Positions 36,768 through 46,647 of a stretch of DNA of 64,000 nucleotides are shown in pieces; positions within the stretch are counted from its first letter, which is position 1; the number at the start of each line of letters is the position of its first letter. This DNA comes from a bacterium (GTDB lineage Bacteria > Patescibacteriota > Minisyncoccia > Phycocordibacterales > GCA-002787175): assembly GCA_030699905.1 (NCBI GenBank), contig JAUYKQ010000010.1:2554-66553 (forward strand), written 5' to 3'. A program made the translations under genes and the position numbers. Below the pieces are notes generated by a model. It was given only the letters and a program-made list of their open reading frames with translations. It was not told the DNA's origin and made no database searches.

Positions 36768-37745
36768 ATGTTGTCTTTTTTTATAAAACAAACTCGTATA
36801 AAAATACGCCATATAAGCAACACTTTCCGTTCGCCAACCGGCAAGTCGCCCAAAATCATAATAACAGGTGGTCTGGGGTTTATCTTTTCTCATGTTACTG
36901 AATACTACGTTCAGAAGGGCTGGGACGTGGTTGTCATAGACAACCTCTCTGAAGGCAGTTGTCCGGAAATAATAGACGATTCTTTTACGCACTACCACTA
37001 TCACATGGCCGACCCAAGAGTGGTGAATCTCATACTTCGGGAGAACCCCGATTATGTAATCCACGCGTCTTCCGTTACCGATGTGGACTACTCAATCAGA
37101 GAACCGTACAGAACCGTCCGTAAAAATATTTTAAGCACCCTGCATGTTTTTGAGGCCTGTCGGATTCTGCCTAATCTTAAAAAACTGATTTACGTTTCCA
37201 CCGATGAGGTCTTTGGTGAGTGCGACCATAAAATGCGTGAAGATGAAATAATGCTCCCGAAAAATCCATACTCCTGCGCCAAAGCGGCCGGCTCTCTTGT
37301 CAGGGTCGCTTACGACAACACTTATCCGGCTTTGCGAGGCAAGACGGCGGAAACAAGATTTTGCAACGTGTTCGGCCCGAGGCAAGACAAGGCCAAGATA
37401 ATGTCGGCCATAAAGAAAAGTATAGAAGAAGGATATTCAATACCTCTTCATCAGGAAGGCAAGGGATACAGAGAATATATTTACGTCAAGAACATTCCGC
37501 CTGCCATTGACCTTATTCTTGAGAAGGGGCTCGGTGTTTACAATGTCACGCTAAATGACGGCTTCACTACAAAAAGTTTGATAGAAAAAGCCAGAGAGGT
37601 TACGGGCATGGAAATTAAAACTCATCCCTCTCACAGGCCGGGCATGGATCTTAAATATCAAATGGACGGTTCAAAGATACGAGAACTGGGGTGGGAACCG
37701 CTTTACACTTTTGAGGAGGGGTTGAAGGAATATCTTTTGGATTAG
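36768..37745 (+). CDS. NAD-dependent sugar epimerase/dehydratase, RmlB-like NDP-hexose 4,6-dehydratase family (SDR).
   Basis: GGLGFIFSHV Rossmann motif. Catalytic YSCAKAAGSLV (YxxxK, RmlB-like). Confidence 0.7.
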   Translation: MLSFFIKQTRIKIRHISNTFRSPTGKSPKIIITGGLGFIFSHVTEYYVQKGWDVVVIDNLSEGSCPEIIDDSFTHYHYHMADPRVVNLILRENPDYVIHASSVTDVDYSIREPYRTVRKNILSTLHVFEACRILPNLKKLIYVSTDEVFGECDHKMREDEIMLPKNPYSCAKAAGSLVRVAYDNTYPALRGKTAETRFCNVFGPRQDKAKIMSAIKKSIEEGYSIPLHQEGKGYREYIYVKNIPPAIDLILEKGLGVYNVTLNDGFTTKSLIEKAREVTGMEIKTHPSHRPGMDLKYQMDGSKIRELGWEPLYTFEEGLKEYLLD

Positions 37746-37837
37746 AAAAAAGATAAAAGGAAAGGAGGCCTTTGGGGCCTCCTTTTTGAAGAACGAAGTA
37801 TATCCGAAGCTTCGCTTCGGAGACAGGACGAAAGGTT

Positions 37838-38362
37838 TTACAGCCAGCCCCTGTAAACAGAATAGTAGCGAACCATTAGCTCGTACGGTCTGTTTAACCA
37901 TTTTCTCCTGGCCCACCATTGGCTGTTTTTCGGGTCGTAAATTTCTTCTATACCCGAAGGCACGAGAGGAATAAGTCCCACATTCCTTGCGGACTGAAAC
38001 GCTCTCCAGTAGTGAGGGTAGTATGAAACCATGACTACCCTCTTGACACCTAATTTGTCACAATGAGATTTTAGCCAAAGGGTTATATCCCATGTGTTGA
38101 GGTAATTCGGCGATGCTTCCGTCTGGCGTAAACTAACGGCAGTTAGCGGAACATTCGGCAGGTATGGTTTCAGCTCTCCTTGAATTATTACTGGCACTCT
38201 CAGTTGAGCATAGAGAGTTTCTACGACGCTTGCCAGAAATATGTTGACCATACTTGGCTTAGAATCGCTGTTTTCTGCGGCCGCATGCGACATGATCGCT
38301 CCGGCATCCTTGATGCTTGTTTCCGGCACTTGCCATGAGGTAGTACACTTCCAAATTTTCAT
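37838..38362 (-). CDS. DUF218 (YdcF/ElyC-like) domain protein.
   Basis: KRVVMVSYYPHYWRAFQSARNVGL resembles the DUF218 C-terminal motif. Paralogous to 52005-52538. Confidence 0.4.
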   Translation of the reverse strand: MKIWKCTTSWQVPETSIKDAGAIMSHAAAENSDSKPSMVNIFLASVVETLYAQLRVPVIIQGELKPYLPNVPLTAVSLRQTEASPNYLNTWDITLWLKSHCDKLGVKRVVMVSYYPHYWRAFQSARNVGLIPLVPSGIEEIYDPKNSQWWARRKWLNRPYELMVRYYSVYRGWL

Positions 38363-39033
38363 TCCATCTCCTTTGCCAACCCCAGATTCTTATTTGTGTT
38401 CTCCACGGCTTTGATGAAGCCGTGGAGAAGGTTGACGTAATCGATGGCCAGTTTCTTTGCTTTGGGAAGGCGAAGTTTTGGCGGATACTCGATGATATTG
38501 TTTCTCAAATCGTCGAGTACACTTTTGGGCTCGTGATAAGTTGAGGCGGGATTTCGCTTTCCGTCCAAGTACTCGAATTCGAAAGCGGGAATATCGGACT
38601 GGAATTGCCCGGCTCGAATTATCACCGACGGCATGAGATTTGATAGACGATCGGCGTCCATCAATACTTGCTGGACGAGCGATTGGTCGTCTCGGTTCAG
38701 TTCGGCGTGTCTTAGCACTGCCTGAACAATTTCTTCCAGTTCTTGAGGGGTGAAGTATCCCTCGGGTAGGAATGCGAGGCGTTTTCTAACATGATACTCT
38801 TCCGCTCCCTTATCTCCCTTCGGAACAATTCTGTCGGTGGAGTGGAGCATGGAAGCAACCCACGCTTTGGTTCCCGTCCGTGCGTCCGGCGATATCATAA
38901 CCGCGATTTGGGCGACGGTGATATCGTGGTCAAGGCCGTGGCCTTGATGTTGTCTCGTTGAATTTTCATGGCCGGCTTTTACCGCTTCATAAAAGCGGGC
39001 AAACTTTTGCCGGAATACTTCAAAACTTCTCAT
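38359..39033 (-). CDS. HD-domain phosphohydrolase-like protein.
   Basis: HQGHGLDHDITVAQIAV...D metal-binding His/Asp pattern. Confidence 0.45.
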   Translation of the reverse strand: MRSFEVFRQKFARFYEAVKAGHENSTRQHQGHGLDHDITVAQIAVMISPDARTGTKAWVASMLHSTDRIVPKGDKGAEEYHVRKRLAFLPEGYFTPQELEEIVQAVLRHAELNRDDQSLVQQVLMDADRLSNLMPSVIIRAGQFQSDIPAFEFEYLDGKRNPASTYHEPKSVLDDLRNNIIEYPPKLRLPKAKKLAIDYVNLLHGFIKAVENTNKNLGLAKEME

Positions 39034-39128
39034 TCGTTCCCTTTCTTTTTGGTTCTTGTTTTACCGTGTTCCACAAATATATTAGCATAACTATGTGCAA
39101 GTGTCAATGCATGTAATGTTTTGCGGAT

Positions 39129-41327
39129 ATGATAAAATTTACGCATTATATGAGAAAGGTAAAGCTATTTAAACCATTTGTCAGCTGGTATGCCGTCTGG
39201 AATGTCATCAAAACACTCCGAAGTAGCCAGCTCGCGGAAGGTCCAAGGGTCAAAGAATTTGAAGAAAAGTTTGCCAAGAGGTTTGGGCTGGGAAATGTTG
39301 TGGCGGTCAATTCCGGGACGGCGGCTTTAGAGCTTGCCTATGAACTTGCGGGAATTGGAGAGGGGGATGAGGTCATAACCCCGATTTTGACATGTCTTTA
39401 TCAAAACGAAACGGTCTTGCTTTCTGATGGTCGTAAAATGTCGATAAAAAAAATGGTTAATCAAAAATATAACGGTGAAGTCGTTTCTTACAATCTAAAG
39501 ACTGGAGAATTTGAAAATAAAAAAGTCATCGGCTGGCATAAAAATCCCATTGCGGGCAGAAAATGGTATAGAGTATACTTTGAAAATTCTATTGTTTCTC
39601 GATCTCAGTCTGGTCGTAAAGGGGTGTGGCTTACTGAAAACCATCCTATTCTTACTAAGAGAGGGTATATTCTCGCAAAAGATTTGAAGAAAAATGATAT
39701 GGTTGCTACTTCTTTTTATTCACTAAATGACAAACAGAAAGAACTTTTTGAAGGCAGTATGCTTGGTGACGGGTATATTAGATTTGGCAGATCTGATAAC
39801 TCTTCGTGCAGATTTGGTTTTTTGCAGCAAAAGGTAAATGAGGATTATGTTAACTTGAAAATTAAAGCATTGAACTCTTTTGCGCATCAAAGTTATAACA
39901 AAGGGAAGTACAAACAGAGCGGTGAAGCTGTCGGGGCGATTTTTCGTTCTTCGCCTATCTGGAACTTAGAAAGGAAAAATTGGTATAAAAACGGTAAGAA
40001 AATTTTACCGACTTCGTTTCGAGAAATTACACTTTTTTCTCTTGCTGTCTGGTATATGGATGACGGAAGTAGGCAGGGGAATTCCGCGGTCATTTGTTCA
40101 GAATCTTTTACCCTTGCAGATAATGAGAGATTGATAAGCATATTGAATGATAGTCTTGGTGTGAAAGCTTCAATACAAAGTAATTATAGACACGGTAAAT
40201 TGGTTCCACGTATATACATAGGTAATGGCCACAATGGAGGTAAAATAATTAAAAAAGCGAATGCTTTTAAGTTTTTTAGAATGGTAGCCCCTTATATCCC
40301 GGAATCTTTGAGATATAAGTTGCCAGAGGATATAAGGTTGAATTGCCCATTTAATCCAAAATTGTGGGAGCTGAATAGGTCAAGGATTTTTTATGATTCT
40401 GTTTCCGTTATAAAAAATAAAAAACCTCTTGATGTTAAAAAGCACTTAAATTGGGTTTACTGCATTGATGTTGAAGACAATCACAATTTTATTTCCAAGA
40501 ACATAATTTTACACAATTGCACCGCCACAAATATCCCATTCGTCAGAAGAAAGGCAAAAATAATATTCGCCGATATTGACCGTGATTTGAACATAAGCGT
40601 GGAGGATGTCAAAAGGAAAATCACTGCCAAAACAAAAGCCATAATTTTCGTCCATTTCGGAGGCAACAATCGGGGATTGAAAGAGCTTTTGGAAATCGCT
40701 CGAGAAAAAAACATCATTTTGATAGAAGACGCGGCTCAAGCTGTCATCTCTGATTTTTGGGGTAAAAGCGACTATACTTGCGTTTCGTTTCAAGCAATAA
40801 AAACACTGACAACCGGAGACGGCGGCGCATTGCTGTGCAAGAAAAAAGACGATTATGAAAAAGCAAAAAAACTTCGCTGGTTCGGTTATGACAGAGAAAA
40901 AAAACAAAAATTCGGCGATGTTGACCTGAAGGATGCCGGATACAAATATCACATGAACGATATAAGCGCTTCTATTGGCCTCGGTAATTTGAAAGTTTTT
41001 GATAAAGCCGTGGCGCATCACAGAAAACTTATGACCACTTATAAAGAGTGCGGTATCACAGCGTATCCGTGGTTTGCTTTGCTATTGACGGAGAAACGAG
41101 ATGAGCTTAGAGCATATCTGAAAGACCACGGCATAGAGAGCGGTATGCAACACTACCGAAACGATATTTATACGATATTCGGCGGAAGAAAGAATTTTCC
41201 CATAATGGATGAGATTGAGAATAAGTATTTGCTTTTGCCTCTGCATATGGGAGTGACAATATCCGATGTAAAAAAGATATGTAATTTAATTAAAATATTT
41301 AATGAATCTTCTGATACGACCGCTTAA
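39129..41327 (+). CDS. DegT/DnrJ/EryC1/StrS-family PLP-dependent NDP-sugar aminotransferase (ArnB/perosamine synthetase-like), interrupted by an in-frame intein.
   Basis: Extein N-part ...GNVVAVNSGTAALELAYELAGIGEGDEVITPILT, then intein, then extein CTATNIPFVRRKAKIIFADID...SFQAIKTLTTGDGGALL... Confidence 0.85.
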   Translation: MIKFTHYMRKVKLFKPFVSWYAVWNVIKTLRSSQLAEGPRVKEFEEKFAKRFGLGNVVAVNSGTAALELAYELAGIGEGDEVITPILTCLYQNETVLLSDGRKMSIKKMVNQKYNGEVVSYNLKTGEFENKKVIGWHKNPIAGRKWYRVYFENSIVSRSQSGRKGVWLTENHPILTKRGYILAKDLKKNDMVATSFYSLNDKQKELFEGSMLGDGYIRFGRSDNSSCRFGFLQQKVNEDYVNLKIKALNSFAHQSYNKGKYKQSGEAVGAIFRSSPIWNLERKNWYKNGKKILPTSFREITLFSLAVWYMDDGSRQGNSAVICSESFTLADNERLISILNDSLGVKASIQSNYRHGKLVPRIYIGNGHNGGKIIKKANAFKFFRMVAPYIPESLRYKLPEDIRLNCPFNPKLWELNRSRIFYDSVSVIKNKKPLDVKKHLNWVYCIDVEDNHNFISKNIILHNCTATNIPFVRRKAKIIFADIDRDLNISVEDVKRKITAKTKAIIFVHFGGNNRGLKELLEIAREKNIILIEDAAQAVISDFWGKSDYTCVSFQAIKTLTTGDGGALLCKKKDDYEKAKKLRWFGYDREKKQKFGDVDLKDAGYKYHMNDISASIGLGNLKVFDKAVAHHRKLMTTYKECGITAYPWFALLLTEKRDELRAYLKDHGIESGMQHYRNDIYTIFGGRKNFPIMDEIENKYLLLPLHMGVTISDVKKICNLIKIFNESSDTTA
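39393..40517 (+). mobile_element. Intein (375 aa) with a LAGLIDADG homing endonuclease domain, inserted at the conserved PxxTF(I/V)ATAN motif of the DegT aminotransferase.
   Basis: Starts CLYQNETVLLSDGRK (intein block A) and ends NIILHN followed by +1 Cys. Internal LAGLIDADG motifs SMLGDGYI and LAVWYMDDGS. Length divisible by 3. Confidence 0.8.
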
Positions 41328-42090
41328 ATATATCAATAGTTTGCCGTTTCCCGTCACCGTTCGCCATTACGCATCGTTTGGTCACATAGGGAGACGTCTG
41401 AAAGATGGCGAATTGCGCTCAAAAGAAAGCTGGCAAACTCTTCGAGATGAACATCCCCGCTACAGAATCCCGCAAGACAGAGAGACATGGATACACGAAC
41501 TTTCTTTAAACAAGGATGGTCAGGACGACAAGTTGCAGGAAAGGATAAATGCCTTTGTTGCCCTAATTGAAAAAGAAGGTATAAGGACTGTATATTCTAT
41601 TGGAGCCGGTGGTGGGGTTTTTGAGTATTATTTAAAAAAACGATTGCCTTATATTAAGATCGTAGCATCTGAGTTAACCCAAATGGGCGTCGATCGGTTG
41701 CGACGGGTTTTTATTGAATGTGATACTGTGGAGCGTTTTGATGCCCTTAACGCGGAACATTGGAAGAAAATTGGTTCGGACCCGGAAGGTGTCGTTTTCA
41801 TATACCGCAACGAGCGTGAGTTTTCAGATGAGGACTGGAGGAAAATGTTTCGTTACATGGACGAAGCTGGCGTTCAAAAAGTATTTTTGGGGATTATGTA
41901 TATGCTAACGGTGTCTGCTTTTGTCCAAGAAAAAATAAGGAATTTAAAGCGCAGGTTTCGGGGAGAATCCGTTACGTTTGTCGGATACTTGAGAAGTCAC
42001 GAAGCATTTAGAACTTTTTGGGAAGACAGGTATAATGAACGGGAGATAAGCTTTCCAAATTGTCGAGGACTGTATTTAACCAGAACTTAA
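41302..42090 (+). CDS. Class I SAM-dependent methyltransferase-like protein.
   Basis: Motif I VYSIGAGGGVFEYYL. Confidence 0.45.
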   Translation: MNLLIRPLKYINSLPFPVTVRHYASFGHIGRRLKDGELRSKESWQTLRDEHPRYRIPQDRETWIHELSLNKDGQDDKLQERINAFVALIEKEGIRTVYSIGAGGGVFEYYLKKRLPYIKIVASELTQMGVDRLRRVFIECDTVERFDALNAEHWKKIGSDPEGVVFIYRNEREFSDEDWRKMFRYMDEAGVQKVFLGIMYMLTVSAFVQEKIRNLKRRFRGESVTFVGYLRSHEAFRTFWEDRYNEREISFPNCRGLYLTRT

Positions 42091-42095
42091 TTTAT

Positions 42096-42926
42096 ATGAA
42101 AACAGCAAAAAAGTTAGCCGTTATCGCCGGGGGGTGGCATTTCCCCATAGCATTCTTTGAACAGATAGCGGCGCAAAAGATACCTGAAGCATGGGAGGTT
42201 CAAATGTTTTTGGTATCACATCGTGATCCGTCATACGCCATAGAGGAAAAAAAGAATCTATTGCTGAATTTAGGGTATGACCGAAGAGCTCTCTATGACC
42301 GTCTTTTGTATCGTAAGGTCGCAACCGTGGAAGAAATAGAGGCATTAGGATGGAAATACGTATTGGAGCCGAATACGATGGGAGATTGGGGAAATACCAA
42401 CCAGTGGCTTGAGAAGAACGATTATAAAAATTATGACAAGTTTCTCGTCACGCACGATGACAACTTCATCCTTACCGACCGGATGTTCATGGACATTCTT
42501 CCGCAAGAAGATTGGCTTATTTTGACGAATTCTACCGGCAACGCGCAACGACGACTCCGTCAATGGTTGCATTTACCAAAGCCGTTCGCCTTACGCGGTT
42601 CGTTTGAATTTTTTACGCGCGAGATGTTTGATCTTATGGGCGGGAAATTTGATCTTTCACGCACCACTCTTACTCGCGAGGGTCAATTTACCACCTCGGG
42701 GGATTTTTCAGAGTTGAGTGACTGGAATCAAAACGATAAACCATTGAGGGATTTTATTTCGGCCCACAATCTTAAAGATAAAATAAAAGCCCTGTCACCG
42801 TTTTACCGCATGAGCAAATACTGTCTGGAAGGAGAAAGGGGATATATTCACAAGACAGAAAAATCCAACACCAAGGAAGAAGAAAAAGGACTTGACGCGG
42901 TAGAGGTGTATTATGGCAGAAAATAA
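42096..42926 (+). CDS. Hypothetical protein.
   Basis: ORF in operon context. Start at MKTAKK. Confidence 0.4.
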   Translation: MKTAKKLAVIAGGWHFPIAFFEQIAAQKIPEAWEVQMFLVSHRDPSYAIEEKKNLLLNLGYDRRALYDRLLYRKVATVEEIEALGWKYVLEPNTMGDWGNTNQWLEKNDYKNYDKFLVTHDDNFILTDRMFMDILPQEDWLILTNSTGNAQRRLRQWLHLPKPFALRGSFEFFTREMFDLMGGKFDLSRTTLTREGQFTTSGDFSELSDWNQNDKPLRDFISAHNLKDKIKALSPFYRMSKYCLEGERGYIHKTEKSNTKEEEKGLDAVEVYYGRK

Positions 42927-42950
42927 AACCAAGCCGTTCTTTGGATTAAC

Positions 42951-44336
42951 ATGACCGACTTTTTCCGAAAACATAAAATAGTGGTTATCATCTTTGCTCT
43001 GGCGCTTATCGCCAGGGCGGCTCTGTTTTTCATAAATCTGGACGCGAATGGCGGTAATTTTGAAGAAACCGTTCACGGTTCCGACTGGTATTTTGAAGTG
43101 GCGAAAAACTTGGAGGCAGGAGAGGGTTTTGCCATATTTGCCGGAGAGCCGAGCGCCATACATGTGCCGTTATATCCTCTGTTTTTGTTTTTTTCGCTTT
43201 TTCTCTTCGGCAACTTCGCTTTCGCTGTCGTGGTTCAGGTCATAATCGGGTCTATCATACCCGTATTGGGCAAAATTGTGGCATTCAAAATAGTGCCGTC
43301 CGAAAAAATCTCGCTTCTTGTCGGTTTTTTTCTCGCTCTTGAACCGAACTTTGTCCTTTTTTCGTCAATTTTCTTTACTGAAACGCTTTTCATTTTCATC
43401 TTCCTTTTGTTTTTTATCGCCTTCCTGACGTATTTTAAAAATACCGACGCGCGGTTTCTGGCTTTAAGCGCTTTGCTTTTAGGCATGGCTACTCTTATAA
43501 AAACGGTAACACAATTTTTACCCATTATTTTACTTCCGCTTTTGTGGTGGTTTGTCAGAAAAAAACTGCCGATAAAAACCGTTTTTCTTCACTTCGGATT
43601 GTTTGCGGTTGTGTTTGTACTTGTCTTATCTCCGTGGTTGTATAGGAATTACAAGGTTTTTGGCGCTCCCGGAATGACCATTATGCCGACTTTGAACCTT
43701 TACGCCACTTTGGTCCCTTCCGTTTTGTCCGTGGAAAACGGAACGAGTTTTAACGAAGCGCGAGATGCTTTTCTAAAGCAGACCGGAGTGGATCTCAAAA
43801 CTTTAACTTTCGCCAATGCTTCAGATTTTAACAAAGAGGCCTTTGGGGAGCTGTGGCAAAACAAACTATCGTTCATTAAAGTGTCAGCCGTTAACATATT
43901 TACTTTCTTTACACACGACGGCATGCTCACTGTTCTTGAAAACGCCGGAATAACTCCGGAGAGGTATCTTTCAAGGTCGGCGCTTGAGCTTTTCTTTTTC
44001 TCACCCGTCCAATTTGCAAAAACGGTCTACCAATATATTTTCTCTCCTTTCGTTCTTGTGCTCGTTATGCGTCTCTTTTGGCTACTTGTAACCGCGCTTT
44101 TCTTAGTGGGAACAATACTGCTTTTGCGCCGGAAAATGTTCACTGTTTCAGTCGCTCTTTCTCTGGCGACGGTTCTGTATTTTGCCGGTACGACCCCTTC
44201 AAACGGTCTTACCGTAAACGCGCGTTTTAGAATGCCTGTTTATCCGATAATACTGACAATCGCTCTATACTCCGTCTTTGAAAGAAAAAGGCAAAAGGAC
44301 GACTATTCTTCTCTAAATCCTGTTTCAACAAAATGA
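42951..44336 (+). CDS. GT-C fold glycosyltransferase (ArnT/PMT, GT39/GT83-like), polytopic membrane protein.
   Basis: ~12 TM. N-terminal loop with conserved acidic residues (DANGGNFEETVHGSDWYFEVAKNL). Operon context with GT2 and the aminotransferase. Confidence 0.55.
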   Translation: MTDFFRKHKIVVIIFALALIARAALFFINLDANGGNFEETVHGSDWYFEVAKNLEAGEGFAIFAGEPSAIHVPLYPLFLFFSLFLFGNFAFAVVVQVIIGSIIPVLGKIVAFKIVPSEKISLLVGFFLALEPNFVLFSSIFFTETLFIFIFLLFFIAFLTYFKNTDARFLALSALLLGMATLIKTVTQFLPIILLPLLWWFVRKKLPIKTVFLHFGLFAVVFVLVLSPWLYRNYKVFGAPGMTIMPTLNLYATLVPSVLSVENGTSFNEARDAFLKQTGVDLKTLTFANASDFNKEAFGELWQNKLSFIKVSAVNIFTFFTHDGMLTVLENAGITPERYLSRSALELFFFSPVQFAKTVYQYIFSPFVLVLVMRLFWLLVTALFLVGTILLLRRKMFTVSVALSLATVLYFAGTTPSNGLTVNARFRMPVYPIILTIALYSVFERKRQKDDYSSLNPVSTK

Positions 44337-45469
44337 AAATCACCTATATCGTAAATACACGAATGCCTAATCAAAGGGCTCACGGTTTTCAAATAGCCAA
44401 AACCTGCGAGAAATTTGCCGAATTGGGAAACGACGTTGAACTGTGGCATCCTTACAGAATAAACGACATAGGCGATGACGTTTTCGCCTATTACGGGTTG
44501 AAGAAAAATTTCAAAATCAGGGTTATTTCGGTTTTCGATCCTTTGTTTTTGGAAAGGTATATAGGAGCTCTGGCTTTTCATTTACAGTCGATGGCGTTTT
44601 TTCTTACGGTCTTTTTTTCGCCGATTGAAAAGGGCAGGGTGGTATTTACTCGCGATTTTATGGTGGCTTTTCTTTTAAGGGCGCGCGGATTTGAGGTTGT
44701 TTACAACGCGCACAATTGGTCCGGACACCGTTCTTTTTTTTCATTCCTTCTGGACAAGAAGGTGAAAATTGTCTGCAATTCCGAAGGTACATGCGCAAAG
44801 TTGAAAGATAGAGGTTTTGAAAATTCTCTTGTGGCGCGTAACGGCGTTGAAATTTCTGAATTTACCACAGTGGAGAGCAAGTCAGACATAAAGAAAAAAC
44901 TGTCTATACCCGCGGATAAAAAAGTGATAATGTATGCGGGTAACCTCTATAGATGGAAAGGCGTTGATGTTATCTTGGAAGCAGTCAAACTGCCGGAAGT
45001 CAAAAGCTTGAATGCTGTAGTTTTTATAGTCGGTGGCGACGAAAACGACGTAGAGGCATACAAGAAAAAAGTGGAAGAGGAAAACATTTCCGGCGTCGCC
45101 TTTTCCGGACATGTTTTGCGCAAAGACATACCTTTTTACCTTAAAGCGGCGGATGTCTTGATTTTGCCAAACAGCGCGGAGTCGGAAGAATCCGTAAGCT
45201 ATACTTCGCCTATAAAAATGTTTGAATACATGGCAAGTGGCGTTCCGATAATCGCTTCCGACCTTCCTTCCATTCGTGAAGTGCTAAACGATAGGAGCTG
45301 TTTTTTTGTAAAACCGGACAGACCGGAAGAGCTCGGCGGGGCTATTTCCAAAATGCTTTCAGACAGCTCGCTTTGCAAAAGAATCGCGGACCAAGCCCTT
45401 TTGGACGTAAAAAAATATACTTGGGACGAATATGCCAAGAAAATCATTCTGTTTCTTGAAAAGAATTAA
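44333..45469 (+). CDS. Glycosyltransferase family 4.
   Basis: PIKMFEYMASGVPIIASDLPSIREVL. Confidence 0.7.
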   Translation: MKITYIVNTRMPNQRAHGFQIAKTCEKFAELGNDVELWHPYRINDIGDDVFAYYGLKKNFKIRVISVFDPLFLERYIGALAFHLQSMAFFLTVFFSPIEKGRVVFTRDFMVAFLLRARGFEVVYNAHNWSGHRSFFSFLLDKKVKIVCNSEGTCAKLKDRGFENSLVARNGVEISEFTTVESKSDIKKKLSIPADKKVIMYAGNLYRWKGVDVILEAVKLPEVKSLNAVVFIVGGDENDVEAYKKKVEEENISGVAFSGHVLRKDIPFYLKAADVLILPNSAESEESVSYTSPIKMFEYMASGVPIIASDLPSIREVLNDRSCFFVKPDRPEELGGAISKMLSDSSLCKRIADQALLDVKKYTWDEYAKKIILFLEKN

Positions 45470-45470
45470 A

Positions 45471-46646
45471 ATGAAAAAGAATGTTGATTTTTACAATAAA
45501 GAAAGCCGGCTGTACTCCGAGAAAAGATATCTCGGTCCCACTGACAACTTTATAAAGTATTTCTTTAGACGACGCCTTTCCATTCTTTTGGAGTTTGTGA
45601 AAAGGGAAGCGTCCGGTCATCAAAGGGGCTTGTCTCTTTTGGATATCGGTTGCGCCGATGGTTTTGTGATGAGGGAAATTTGCGATAAAAACTTCAGATG
45701 GGCGGAAAAATTTACAGGCATAGACACCTCGCCTCAAATGGTAGAAAGAGCCGTGGCAAAGTACGGGGCCGACAAGAGATTTTCTTTTTTTGTAAGAGGG
45801 GAGGAGCCGAGAGAAAAATACGATATTGTCGTGGAAATAGGGGTTCCGTTGTCAGATTGGCGAGAGGAATTCAGATACGTTCTTTCAAAACTCAAAGACG
45901 ACGGCGTATACATATTTTCCACTCCCGGGTCAAAAAATTCTCTTTATTCAAGAATAAAAAAGGATTTTCACGTTGAAAACCCGATGTCTTTTAAAGAGTT
46001 TGATTCTTTGGTGTCCGAATTCTTTGAAGTCAAAAGAGTCAAGAATTATGCTTTTTTTGTGCCGTTTTTGTGGCGTTTTCCGAGAATAGCCAGAATAAAA
46101 CAGCCATTTTTTGAAGCGATTTTGGGATTTGTTTTTCCCAAAATCAGCCATGAAAAGATTTTTCTGCTCAAAAAAAAGGCAGATAAACCGTCGTTTAAAA
46201 TTTCAAACGCCGGTTTTGTGAAGTCGGTTTTTGACGGTTTGGTTTTGAAAAAACACATCTTTTTCTTTCTCGTCAGGTATCTTTTTGCCGGTCTAACTTC
46301 TTTTTTTACAAATATTTTTCTTTTGTTTTTGTTCGCGGGAGTTCTTGGCTGGTGGTACTTGTACGCTTCCACTTTGGCTTTCGCCATTTCGGTTTTGGTC
46401 AGTTTCGTTGTTCAAAAATTGGTTACTTTCAGGGACACCACAAGGGACAAAGTCCATTATCAGGCAGGCATGTATGTCGTAATAGCTCTTTTTAACATAT
46501 GCGCCAATGCCGTTATGATGCTTGTTTTTGTGGAGAAATTCGGCATTCCGTATATGTTTTCGCAAGTTATTTCTGCCGGTTTTATAGCAGTGTGGAGCAT
46601 ATTTGTTTATAGGTTTATTATATTTCCTCGGGGTAGAATATATTGA
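45471..46646 (+). CDS. Fusion: SAM-dependent methyltransferase (N) plus GtrA-like membrane domain (C).
   Basis: Motif I LLDIGCADGFVMREI. C-terminal 4-TM GtrA-like segment FLVRYLFAGLTSFFTNIFLLFLF...VQKLVTFRD. Confidence 0.55.
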   Translation: MKKNVDFYNKESRLYSEKRYLGPTDNFIKYFFRRRLSILLEFVKREASGHQRGLSLLDIGCADGFVMREICDKNFRWAEKFTGIDTSPQMVERAVAKYGADKRFSFFVRGEEPREKYDIVVEIGVPLSDWREEFRYVLSKLKDDGVYIFSTPGSKNSLYSRIKKDFHVENPMSFKEFDSLVSEFFEVKRVKNYAFFVPFLWRFPRIARIKQPFFEAILGFVFPKISHEKIFLLKKKADKPSFKISNAGFVKSVFDGLVLKKHIFFFLVRYLFAGLTSFFTNIFLLFLFAGVLGWWYLYASTLAFAISVLVSFVVQKLVTFRDTTRDKVHYQAGMYVVIALFNICANAVMMLVFVEKFGIPYMFSQVISAGFIAVWSIFVYRFIIFPRGRIY

Positions 46647-46647
46647 T

